A stretch of 64,000 nt of DNA, from positions 64,001 to 128,000 of the forward strand of contig CAWIIV010000017.1 in NCBI GenBank assembly GCA_963836205.1. The letters run 5' to 3'. The DNA comes from an uncultured Acidimicrobiia bacterium. Its GTDB lineage: Bacteria; Actinomycetota; Acidimicrobiia; Acidimicrobiales; AC-14. Positions 50,879 through 60,900 of the stretch are shown here, one piece after another. Under the pieces are notes generated by a model. The model ran no database searches. It was given only the letters and a program-made list of their open reading frames with translations, and was not told where the DNA came from. The translations under genes and the position numbers were made by a program. Numbering within the stretch: position 1 is the first letter of the stretch; every line of letters begins with the position of its first letter.

Positions 50879-53064
50879 CCGACCCTTTCAGCATCGACCG
50901 GCAACGTGGGGAAGTCGACATCGATGGGGAGCGGCCAGCGCCCCACGTCGGGGGGAGCGCTCTTCACGTCGGACGGGGGCCCAGGTCGGTCGTCGTCATT
51001 CGCGCCGGAACCGGCAGGGGCTGCCGCCTGCACGGCCACCCGGGCTCGCAGCTCCTTGAGCTCGGCGGCCAGGGCGGTCAGTCGGTCCTCGAGCCGTGCC
51101 ATCGCGCCGCCAACACCGGCGGCGGCCCCCGATCGTTCGTCGCGCCGAACCTCGGCCGGCGGGACGACCGCCGGGGGCGCCTGGCGCTCGAGCACCTCGG
51201 CCCACGCCGCCAGCGCACCGTCCCGATCAGGCCCGTCCAGGGCGATGAGGTCGGGAGCGGGGAACGTCACCGAGCTGTGGGCGTCGACACTGGCCACCAC
51301 CCGGCTGGCCAGCGCGTGGCGGGCGGTCAGGATGGCGGCCGCGCCCGGGCCGGCGGCCAACATGGCCGTGACGGCTTCGGCGGCGCTGGTAGAGGTGACC
51401 GTACGACCCGGCTCGAGGTCGCCGACGTTGAAGAAGGCCAGCCCGTAGGAGGTCGCGGGACGGCCCGGCCAGGGTGCGAACAGGGCCGCCAGGCGCCGGT
51501 CCGCACCGCACTCGGCCAGCAGGCGAACAGACGCGAGCAACGCAGGATTGGCGGCCACGTCACCGCCCGCCAGCTCGGCCAGCTTCTCCCACGCCACCGC
51601 CGCGGCCTGCTTGACCTCGCGGTGTCGCCGTGGGCGACTGCCAGCCGGTACCGTCCCGGCGGGCCTGTGACCTTTGTCGCCGCCGACCAGCACGAACTGC
51701 GGCACGTCGGGGAGGTCGACCGGCACGGTGCGCACGACGGCCGTCCTGGCCACCACTGGCGAGCCGGCCTCGGCCTCTCGTTGCGTCTTCGCCCAGGACT
51801 TTCGCCCGGTCAGGATCCGGAAGAACCCTCCCCACACGCACGCGAACGACAGGTAGTTCATGACCACCACCGCGTGGCTGAACAGCATGGCCCGGGACAC
51901 GCCGATCTCGTGGTCCCGCCGGTGGTAGATGGCGCCGCTGATGATGGCGGGGAAGAAGGAGAGGAGGTACCAGAAGCCGAGCGAGATGGGGACGCCCAGC
52001 AGGTCCGATGCCGGCAGGAAGGTGGCGGTCTGGTTCGTGACCATCCCCCAGACGCAGACGTGGAAGAGGATCGCCCACGGGAGGTCGAGGATCCATGGGC
52101 AGAGCAGGTAGGAGATGAGCTCCAGAGCTCTCAGGTGAGGGAGGTCCGGCGTCCTCCAGATCTCCCGGATGTGCGAACCAGCGGTCATGTGGCCCTGGTA
52201 CCAGCGGGTGCGCTGACGCACGAGCCGCCGTACCGACGCCACCGCCTGCTGGTCGACGGCGGCACCGGGCGCCGACGTGGCGACCCAGCCCTTGATCGCC
52301 AGGCGCAGCCCGAGGTCGAGATCCTCGGTCAGGGAGTCGCTCCAGGGCTCGTCACCCAACGACCCGAGGGCGGACAGGCGGGTGAACTGGCCGTTGCCGC
52401 CGAGGGACACCGAGCCGGTCGCGACCCTCCCGAACTGCGTGACGGCCGCCAGGGACCAGAAGAGGTAGTCCTGGTACTGGGTGAGGAAGTGGTCGCGGTT
52501 GCGGATGCGGACGGCGAGCTGGGCCGCGCCGACGCGGGGATCGTCGAACTTGGGCAGCACCGCGGCGAGGGCGCCGTTCGACAGGCGGCCGTCGGCGTCC
52601 ATCACGCAGACGATCACCCGCTCCGAGTCGAGGCCGCGATCGGCGGCATCGCCCACCAGCCATCGATAGGCGGCGTTGAGAGCTGCGCCCTTGCCCTGGC
52701 GGGCGTTCGGGAGGTCCCGGCGCAACACGGTCGTGCCGGCGCCGCCGGCATCGAGGGCCAGGGTGCCGGTGTCGTCGTCGCTGCCGTCGTCGACCACGAT
52801 CAGGTGCGAGCTGGCGCCGCCCGCGAGGCCGCTCACGGTCCGAGCGATCACCGCCGACTCGTTGAGGGCGGGGACGACGATGTACACGAACCAGCCCGGC
52901 GGGGGAGCCGGGACATGGGGGTCGCCGAACCCGAGGCGAGCCTGGTCACCGAGGCTCGCCCCCTCTCGGTGGAGCTGGCGCCATCCGGCTACCAGCTCCC
53001 ATCCCAGGTACAGAGCGGAGAGCACGATGATGACCGAAGCCAGCAACATGGCGAACCGCATCAT
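50875..53064 (-). CDS. processive-type GT2 glycosyltransferase with C-terminal extension
   Basis: VPALNE, DDGSDD, GKGAALN, MDAD, TEDLD, QRTRW and TMs, plus about 280 extra residues. Confidence 0.9.
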   Translation of the reverse strand: MMRFAMLLASVIIVLSALYLGWELVAGWRQLHREGASLGDQARLGFGDPHVPAPPPGWFVYIVVPALNESAVIARTVSGLAGGASSHLIVVDDGSDDDTGTLALDAGGAGTTVLRRDLPNARQGKGAALNAAYRWLVGDAADRGLDSERVIVCVMDADGRLSNGALAAVLPKFDDPRVGAAQLAVRIRNRDHFLTQYQDYLFWSLAAVTQFGRVATGSVSLGGNGQFTRLSALGSLGDEPWSDSLTEDLDLGLRLAIKGWVATSAPGAAVDQQAVASVRRLVRQRTRWYQGHMTAGSHIREIWRTPDLPHLRALELISYLLCPWILDLPWAILFHVCVWGMVTNQTATFLPASDLLGVPISLGFWYLLSFFPAIISGAIYHRRDHEIGVSRAMLFSHAVVVMNYLSFACVWGGFFRILTGRKSWAKTQREAEAGSPVVARTAVVRTVPVDLPDVPQFVLVGGDKGHRPAGTVPAGSRPRRHREVKQAAAVAWEKLAELAGGDVAANPALLASVRLLAECGADRRLAALFAPWPGRPATSYGLAFFNVGDLEPGRTVTSTSAAEAVTAMLAAGPGAAAILTARHALASRVVASVDAHSSVTFPAPDLIALDGPDRDGALAAWAEVLERQAPPAVVPPAEVRRDERSGAAAGVGGAMARLEDRLTALAAELKELRARVAVQAAAPAGSGANDDDRPGPPSDVKSAPPDVGRWPLPIDVDFPTLPVDAERVG

Positions 53065-53088
53065 GGGACTGTCGATTCCTTCTGATCG

Positions 53089-53268
53089 TCAGTCGTCGGG
53101 CAGGCCGGCCCGCCGCTGGGAGGCAGCCCGGAGGAGCACGAAGCCGCCGATGACCATCAGCGAGGCCAAGACGACGGCGAGAGCGGTCGAGAAGCCGGTC
53201 GTTGCGAGGGTTCCTCCAGCCACGCCCAGTCCGCCTAAGACGGCTGCGCGCGATCCCGGGTCATACAC
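53089..53268 (-). CDS. 59-aa LAxTG micropeptide (sorting-signal-like)
   Basis: GAGGAG RBS, GTG start: MYDPGSRAAVLGGLGVAGGTLATTGFSTALAVVLASLMVIGGFVLLRAASQRRAGLPDD; below the ORF-track cutoff. Confidence 0.8.
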   Translation of the reverse strand: MYDPGSRAAVLGGLGVAGGTLATTGFSTALAVVLASLMVIGGFVLLRAASQRRAGLPDD

Positions 53269-53371
53269 GTATCTCCTCGCTCGTTGCTCGTAGGTTGGTG
53301 TGGGCTTCGACCACGTCGACCGGAGGAGCGCCTAGGGCAGTCCTCCGGTCGACGTGCACGCTGAGGGTTTC

Positions 53372-55628
53372 TCAGGCGTCGGCCGGTGTTGCCTTGCGCC
53401 TGCGGCCCACCACCATCAGGGCGACCAGCCCGGCGATGCCCGCTGCACCGCCGAGGACGGCGACGTTGGCCAGTGGGACTCCGGCGGTGGGCGTGAAGCT
53501 GTAGAACACCGACCCGACCTGCCACCCGTCGGAGAGCACCGAGGGGTTCCAGGTCCGAGCCGAGCAGTCCTGGCCCGGCGTGCTGCTGGTGGCCTCGGGC
53601 CAGACCAGGAACTTGTAGTAGCCGGGCGAGTCACCGGCAGCGGCGAAGTCCACCGCCGGGAGCTCGATCTCGTTGAAGCCGGTGTTGTGGTGGTCGGTGA
53701 CGGCTACCGCCACTGGCGCCGGGGTGAGGGCCGACGGCGAGCCGTCCTCGTGCACGAACTGGTAGAAGGCCTGGGTGGTGATGCCGCAGTCGGTGTCGGG
53801 GTTCGGGTTGTCGGCGTCGATCAGGAACTTGTTGGCCGGGACCTGTCCGGTGTTGGTGATGACACCGAAGCCGTCCTGGCTGTTGCCGTCCGGGCTGCCC
53901 CAGGCGTTGTCCCATGGGAGCCGGGCGACCGGGCGACCGGTTCCGCTGCAGACCCCGAAGCTCCACGTCTCGACCGGGAGGGGGAACTGGAAGCTCCCCG
54001 CCGGGACGTTGACTTCCGCCCGGAGGTTGAAGTCCTTCTCCGGGCACTGGACGCTGTCCATCGCACCGTCCCCTCGCATGGTGATGGCAACCAGGTCGTC
54101 GGCGCCGTGGTGCTCGACTTCGACGACTTGGAACTGCTGGTCGACGCCGGGGCCTGCGACCGGGATGGCCGTGTGGTTGAAGTCGCCGTTGCCGTCGTAG
54201 TCGTACCTGATGGTGGTCGGGAGCTGGCCCGCAGGCACCCGGACGATGAAATCGGCCCGGAACTCGCTGTCGAAGCCATCGGTGCGGAAGGCGTAGCCGA
54301 GAACCCGCTCGAGCCTGGGCGACGCCAGGGGCACGGTGGCGATAGCCAGGTTGTGGTACATGCCGGCCGAGATCTCCGAGACGACGGTGCCGGCTGATCA
54401 CCGCGGCTGGGCCGATCAGCGTCTTGGGATAGACGCCTCCCACGGTGTTGTTGCCGTTCTGGCCATTGCCGTTGTAGCCACAGGTGAAGACCTGACCGCC
54501 GGTGGTCAGCAAGGTGGTGCTGACCTCGCCACCGTCGGCCTGATGGAACTCGGTGCCTGCCGGCGGGTTGACCAGCACGGGTGTGTGCACCTCGATCACG
54601 CTGTTGTTGCAGAGCTGGCCGTAGTCGTTGAAGCCGGTGGACAGCAGCTTGTTCTCACTGGTGACAGCCAGCGAGTGGTACTCGCCCGCCGCGATCGAAG
54701 CGACGGTGTCGCCCGCCAGCTTGTTGGACAGGTCCATGGTGACCGGTTGGTGTCGTTCGATGTTGGTCGTATCGCCCAGCTCCCCGCTGAGGTTCCGCCC
54801 CCAGCCCCAGACGACACCGGTGCTCGTCAGGGCAAGGCTGTGGAAGCCCTTGGCCGCGACGGAGTGGGCCGTCCCGGGCGGGATGTTGGGGACGAGTGTC
54901 GGCGTCGCCTTGTCGCCGGCCACAGTGCTGCCGACCTGACCGTTGGCGTTCCAGCCCCAGGCGTAGACGTTGTTGTCATTCCCGAGCGCAAGCGTGTGGT
55001 GGTCGCCACCGGCGATGGCAACCGCGAGAACCCCGCCCGGAAGCAGTGGGAGGAGCTCCGGGACCAGCTTCGGGCCGCCGACGGTGCCGTCTCCGATCTG
55101 GCCCACGTTGTTGTCGCCCCAGCCCAGGATCCGGCCCCCGGCGGTGAGGGCGTGGCTGCCACGCTCATGGGCGACCACGTCGATGACCGAGTCTCCGACC
55201 GGCAGGGCGCTGAGGTCGACGAAGTCAGGCACGATTCGCTGGAGGCCGTCGGCCTGGCCCAGATTGCCGGTGATCGGACATCCCCAGCTGATGATGCGGT
55301 TGTCGTCGGTGATGGCCAGGTAGTGCTCGAAGTCGCCGGCGTCGACCTTCGTCACGTGGACACCCTCGGGCAGCAGGATGTCGGTGGGGACATAGCGGTC
55401 GGTGTTCGTCCCGTCGCCGATGCGGAAGCAAACCTGGAAACCCCAGGCCAGCAGGGTGCCGGGCCCGCTGGTCGTGCCGGCCGATGCAGGCGGCGACGAC
55501 ACGATCGCACTGAGCAACGCGCCCACCAGGGCGGCAGCTGCCACGACGCGCGGAAGCCGTGTGCGGTCGCGGAGCTGCCAGCGGCGGCTCGGAGAAGAAG
55601 CGCTCACCTTCGATGTCCTCTCGTTCAC
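53372..55628 (-). CDS. secreted RCC1-repeat protein with C-terminal TM anchor (frameshift near 54395)
   Basis: Signal peptide; repeated AGxxHSLA...WGxNxxGQ(L/I)G units; last repeat ISAGMYHNLA continues in the 53372 frame; ends VPLAN-TM-RRRK. Confidence 0.85.
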
Positions 55629-55916
55629 GCCCAGGGGCGTTAGGCCAGGTCGGCCCGTTGTGGTTGTCGCTCAGACTTGGAGGCAGCGGTGCCAGCAAGG
55701 TTGATTTCGGCCGATGGTCTCAACCGCATGGCGCGGGACCCTCACCAAGGCCTTCCCGGGCGGGAAGCCCCGGCGTCCCCGATGCGGCACGCTTACCGTG
55801 GCATCCTGTACCAGACTGTCATCATTCGCCGAACGACCGCTGTTAACGTGCTCGAACGAGCGCCGCCCCAGCAGTGGGTGTGGCGCATTCTCGGCTGATC
55901 GTCGAAGGCCAAACGC

Positions 55917-56705
55917 ATGCCGTCGAAACCATCAAAGCGGTCCGTGGAGCCAGCGGACCGAGCCTCGACCGTGACATTGGGCGTGCTGGGGCCGATCGTG
56001 ATGGCCAACGGAGGCGGGCCCATCGCCCTTCAGGGCCAGATTCGGGGCCTCCTCGCCTGGCTGAGCATGTACCGGCGCGACGGCATTCACGCCGACCAGC
56101 TGGCCGACCTCCTCTGGGGTGAGCAGATGCCTCAGCGACCCGCCCAGCAACTCCAGATCATGATCGGCCGCCTGTCCCGGACGCTCGGGGAACCGGTGGT
56201 GGGGATCTCGGGGGGTCGGGCGCGGCTCCTGATCGACCCGGCCGTCATTGATGCCCGCCGGTTTGACGCACTCCTGGCCACTCAGACCGGTGCGCGGGAG
56301 TCGGTGCTGGTGCAGGCCATCGGTCTGTGGCGGGGAAGGCCCTACCCCGACATCTCCGGCCATGTGCACGCGCTCGGTGAGGTCGCCCGCCTCGAGCAAC
56401 TGCATCTGGGTGCGCTCGAGGAGCTGTACGCGTTGCGGCTGGCCGGAGCGGCGCCCGTCGTCGATGTCGTGGCCGATCTCACGATGCTCACCGCGGTGCA
56501 TCCGGACCATGGCCGCCTCTGGCAGCTGCTGGCCCTCGGACTGGCGAAGGGAGGACGCCGAGTCGAGGCCCTGCGAGTCCTGAACGAGCTCCGGGCTCTG
56601 GGCCGGCGAGATCCATGGATGCTGGCAACAGAGTCGGCAATTCAGGCCGACGACGGCTCCGCCCTGGACCAGCAACTGCGGACGCTTCGCCAAACGCCCC
56701 ACTGA
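55917..56705 (+). CDS. small SARP/BTAD transcriptional regulator
   Basis: LGVLGP, LADLLWGE, GLWRGRPY, GRRVEAL. Confidence 0.82.
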   Translation: MPSKPSKRSVEPADRASTVTLGVLGPIVMANGGGPIALQGQIRGLLAWLSMYRRDGIHADQLADLLWGEQMPQRPAQQLQIMIGRLSRTLGEPVVGISGGRARLLIDPAVIDARRFDALLATQTGARESVLVQAIGLWRGRPYPDISGHVHALGEVARLEQLHLGALEELYALRLAGAAPVVDVVADLTMLTAVHPDHGRLWQLLALGLAKGGRRVEALRVLNELRALGRRDPWMLATESAIQADDGSALDQQLRTLRQTPH

Positions 56706-56933
56706 CACGCCCGAGTGGGCGGCGTCGAGCCCGGGCGGCCGCGGGTTTGACGAGTGCGGCTCATGCCCGGGTCCGACGCTGTCACGGGCCTTGCGTGGCC
56801 TCGGAGGGAGCGCAGGCACTCCCGGAGTCATCGACGCCGCCGTGCTCCGGGCGGTGCCGACATTCCAGATTTTGGGTCGTTCGGCTCATTCCGGGGCAGC
56901 TCCTCTCCAGCGTGGACGCAATACGGCCGATAG

Positions 56934-57956
56934 TTGGGTGTGACCGCGACCCGTCGAGCACCGTTCAGGCCCGGCGCGAGCCGTCGAGCACTGATCGCCG
57001 TGCTCGTCGGGCTCACGCTTCTGACCGGCCAGGCGACATCGGCCGAAGCCCTCCTCCGGCCTCTGCCGATGTTCGTGCAGGTGGCGACCCTGGGTCCGAC
57101 CTACTCGCCAGCAGAGGTGCGGTCGTGGATGGGACGGATCTGTCGGGGTCGCGAGGTGGTCCTCCAGGACGTGGCCGGCCAGGACGGACGGCTGTTCGAG
57201 GCGTACCTCGACGTCATCGCGCCCTACCTGCCCGGCGGGTCCAAGGCGTGTTTCAGCCGGGTGTTCGTGGGCACCGTCGATCTGGCCTGGGCCGGCGCCG
57301 GATCGAAGTACGTCGAAGGGGTTCAGGACGCCGCCTTCCAGCAGCGGTACCTGTCGATGTCGGACACGGCAGCCCGAGCCTTCGTGGCCCGGTACCCCCG
57401 GCTGAAGTTCGACTGGTACCTGACCTACGAGGCCAACCTGAACCAGTTCTACTACCCGGCGGTACACCAGGCATACACGTCGATGGTCACCGCCGAGATG
57501 AAGAACCTCCGCTCGATTCGCCGGGGAGCCGTCATGTGGTCACCGGTCTTCGCGTTCCCCTATTCGGCTTACAGCGGGAACCTGGCAGGGATGACCCAGC
57601 TGCGGGCAAACCTCGTCGACTTCTTCGCGACCTTGGCCCGAGAAGCCGGCGGCCTGCAGATCCTCGACCTGCAGGACTACGTGGCGGGCTCCGCCTGCCA
57701 GCCGGACTGGGACCGCACGAGCCCGCAGGACGCCGTCGGTTGGGTCAACTTCCTGCTCGGCCTCCAGCAGATCAAGACGGTCGAGCTCAACGTCGAGCAG
57801 TACGCGTTCAACTGCGCGACCGGCACCATCGGTCCTGGTAGCGCCACCGAACTGGCCGCTCGAACCTCGTTCTACAACAGCCAGCGCATCCGACTCGGCC
57901 CCGCTTTCGAGGTTCGCTACTGGATGCAGGTGCACGGGCTGTCCCTTTTCGCCTGA
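56934..57956 (+). CDS. secreted hypothetical protein
   Basis: Signal peptide and aromatic-rich globular domain (WYLTYEAN, LQDYV, NVEQY). Confidence 0.7.
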   Translation: MGVTATRRAPFRPGASRRALIAVLVGLTLLTGQATSAEALLRPLPMFVQVATLGPTYSPAEVRSWMGRICRGREVVLQDVAGQDGRLFEAYLDVIAPYLPGGSKACFSRVFVGTVDLAWAGAGSKYVEGVQDAAFQQRYLSMSDTAARAFVARYPRLKFDWYLTYEANLNQFYYPAVHQAYTSMVTAEMKNLRSIRRGAVMWSPVFAFPYSAYSGNLAGMTQLRANLVDFFATLAREAGGLQILDLQDYVAGSACQPDWDRTSPQDAVGWVNFLLGLQQIKTVELNVEQYAFNCATGTIGPGSATELAARTSFYNSQRIRLGPAFEVRYWMQVHGLSLFA

Positions 57957-57981
57957 CCGCGGCTCGGGGCCGCGGCGCCCC

Positions 57982-60900
57982 TCACGGGACGACTTCGGCG
58001 ACCTTGATGGACGCGGGGGTGGGCGGGCACGGGTTCGCCGGCGGGGCGGCGGGCAGGGAGACGGTGACGTCGAGGCCGCCGTCGGGGCGGGCGGTGGCCT
58101 TGACCTCGCCCCCGTGGGCCTTGGCCATTGGTAGTCAGGGGCGCGTTGCCGGCAAGGCCAGCACGTTTCCCCATCCCCCTTTCAATCCGTACGTGCGGTT
58201 TTCCCGCATACGGCTTTCCGACGATCTTCTGGACATGGTTACGACGCCTTCGGGTAGCGAATGGTGCCCATGAGCTGATGCAGGCCCTGGCCGTGGAACC
58301 AGGTGCGGGTCCAGCAGTCTGCCTGGCCTGCCCGTAGGTTGCGGCCCCGCTTCTTGATGAGCAAGCGCTTGAGCCGCCACACGACGTGTCGGTCGAGGGA
58401 GACGAACTTATTCGCCGCGTTGCCGGTGCGGAAGTAGTTGCCCCACCCCCGCAGGAACAGGTTGAGGTCGTAGATCACGTCCTCCAACTCCATGCCGACC
58501 CGGTTCCGGCCGGTGAGGGCCTTGACCCGCTGTCGTGCCCGCTTCATCGACCGCTGCGACGGCCAGCGGTGGAGGTAGTAGCGGATGACCCGCTGCTGTT
58601 CCCACAACCGGCCCGACATGCGGGCGTGAAGATGACAACCCAGGAAGTCGAAGCCCTCCTTGCCCTCCCGGAGGTCGACCACACGGGTCTTGTCCGGGTG
58701 CAGGCTCAGGCCGAGATCACCCAGCAGGGCCGCCGCCCTGGCCTGGGCCGTCTCGGCCTGGCTGCGGGTCGTGCACAGCACCACGAAGTCGTCCGCGTAA
58801 CGGACGAGCTCGCCGGTGCCGGACTCGGCCCAGGACCGGTCGAAGGCGTGCAGGTAGATGTTGGCCAGCAGCGGGGAGATGACCCCGCCCTGGGGCGTGC
58901 CCGTGACCGTCTCGGAGCGCACCCCCTCGACCAGCACCCCGGCACGCAGCCACTGGCGGATGAGCTTGAGCACCCGCCGGTCCGACACGCGCTCGCCGAC
59001 CAGTGACAGCAGCCTGTCGTGGTCGATCTGGCCGAAGAAGTCGCGGATGTCGGCCTCGAAGACGAACTGCCGTCCTCGGGGGAAGGACACCCGGATGGCT
59101 TCCAGGGCGTCGGTGGCCGACCGCTTCGGGCGGAACCCGAAGCTCTGGGGCAGGAAATCGGCCTCGAAGATGGGTTCGAGGACGATCTTGGCTGCCGCCT
59201 GGCACACCCGGTCGCGCACGGTGGGGATGCCCAGGGGCCGCATCCGGCCGTCGGGCTTGGGGATCTCCACCCGCCGAACAGGCGACGGGCGGTAGGTGCC
59301 TGCACGGAGGTCACGGGAAAGCTCGTCGAGCACGCGCCCGACCCCGTAGTCCTCCACCGCCTCCAGGGTCAGTCGATCGACCCCGGCGGCGCCACGATTG
59401 GCTCGCACCCGCTCCCACGCCGTCCACAGCACGTCACTGCGGTGGATTCGGTCGAACAGGGCGTGGAAGCGGCGACCCGGAGACTGCTTGGCCGCAGCCC
59501 ATAGCCGGTTCTGGAGTTTTCGCACGTTGTCGGTGGGCGGCTGCCCGCCGGGGGAGTTGGGCCGGGCGTTCCCGGCCATGCCCTGGCGCTTACTTCCGTC
59601 TCCGGCGTGACCGAAGTCGGGGCCCTTCCCTCCCGCCGGGTTCATCCCGGCGATCAGCGGTACTACGACCCCGTCGGACTCCCGCTGCGCTCCGCTCGAT
59701 TTCACCACTGGCTTATACGAGCGGTCTTTGCTGACGAGGCTGCGCAGACGGGTCTCTCCTGTTCCGAACCTGACCGTGCGTACGTGCCGCTCCCCGTACC
59801 CCGAGGGGACCCGACCAGGGGCGTGTCCGGAACGCCAGTCGGTCGGACGTGGCCTTCGCCGTGACATGAGCGGCTCGGCTCCCCCGTTGTGCGTTTGACG
59901 AGGCTGCAGGACTCGCGCCTGGTGGCACTACGGCCCGCACGCTTGCTCCCTCCAAAGAGGCTCTTGACGCCCCGCTCAGCCCGCCGCCTCTCGGCGACGA
60001 ACCGGGGCCTGCTACCGGGCTCTCCGGCGATTACCCGGGCGGGACTCGCACCCGCTGGTCTGGTCCAGTTCTCAGGACGCAACACGGCGCGGACGATAGA
60101 CAGGCCGAGGCCGGCGCCACGGATCGAATCGACTCGGTCGGGAGACAGCCGGCGGAAGGGCTCGAACAGGCCGGCGACCTGGTCGACAGGGACTACAGGG
60201 CCGGAATTCGTCACCCACACCCGTCCGCCGGGGCCGGTCTCGACCGACAGCCACCCGCCGGCGATGTTGTGGCGCACGGCGTTCTGCACCAGGTTCCCGA
60301 CCAGCCGTTCGACGAGGACCCGGCTGCCGGTGACGGTGGCCGGCGCCAGCCGGCGCTCCACCCGCAGGCCCGCGGCGGCCGCCTCCGCCGCCGATTGGTC
60401 GAGGGCGAGGGTGGCGGCGCCGGCGAGGTCGACCGGCTCCCGGGGGATGTCGCCCTGCTCGCTGCGGGCCAGGACGAGCAGGCCGTCGATGAGGCGCTCG
60501 CTGCGGTCGACCGCGTCCCGGAGGGCGGCGGCCATCACCCGCAGGTCGTCGGGGGACGTGTCGGGGTCGGCCAGGGCGACGTCGACCAGGGTCCGTTGGA
60601 TGGCCAGGGGGGTGCGCAGCTCGTGGGACGCGTTGGCCACGAACCGGCGTTGGCTCTCGAAGGCCGACTCCAGTCGAGCGAGCATGGCGTCGAAGGTGTC
60701 GGCCAGCTCCTTGAGCTCGTCGTTGGGACCGCCCAGGGCCAGCCGCTCGTGGAGGTTGTCCTGCGACAGCTTGCGGGCGGTGGCGGTGACCCGGGAGAGG
60801 GGCGCCAGCGCCCGGCCGGCCACCGCCCAGCCGAGGCCGACCGACGCCAGCGCCATCAGCCCCAGGGCCACGATCGACTGCACCACCAGCTCGTGGAGGG

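Noticed and set aside
58239-59867. Retron, DGR or defence-associated reverse transcriptase
   Set aside because: Domain V/VI, the maturase region and exon boundaries identify it as a group II intron protein.
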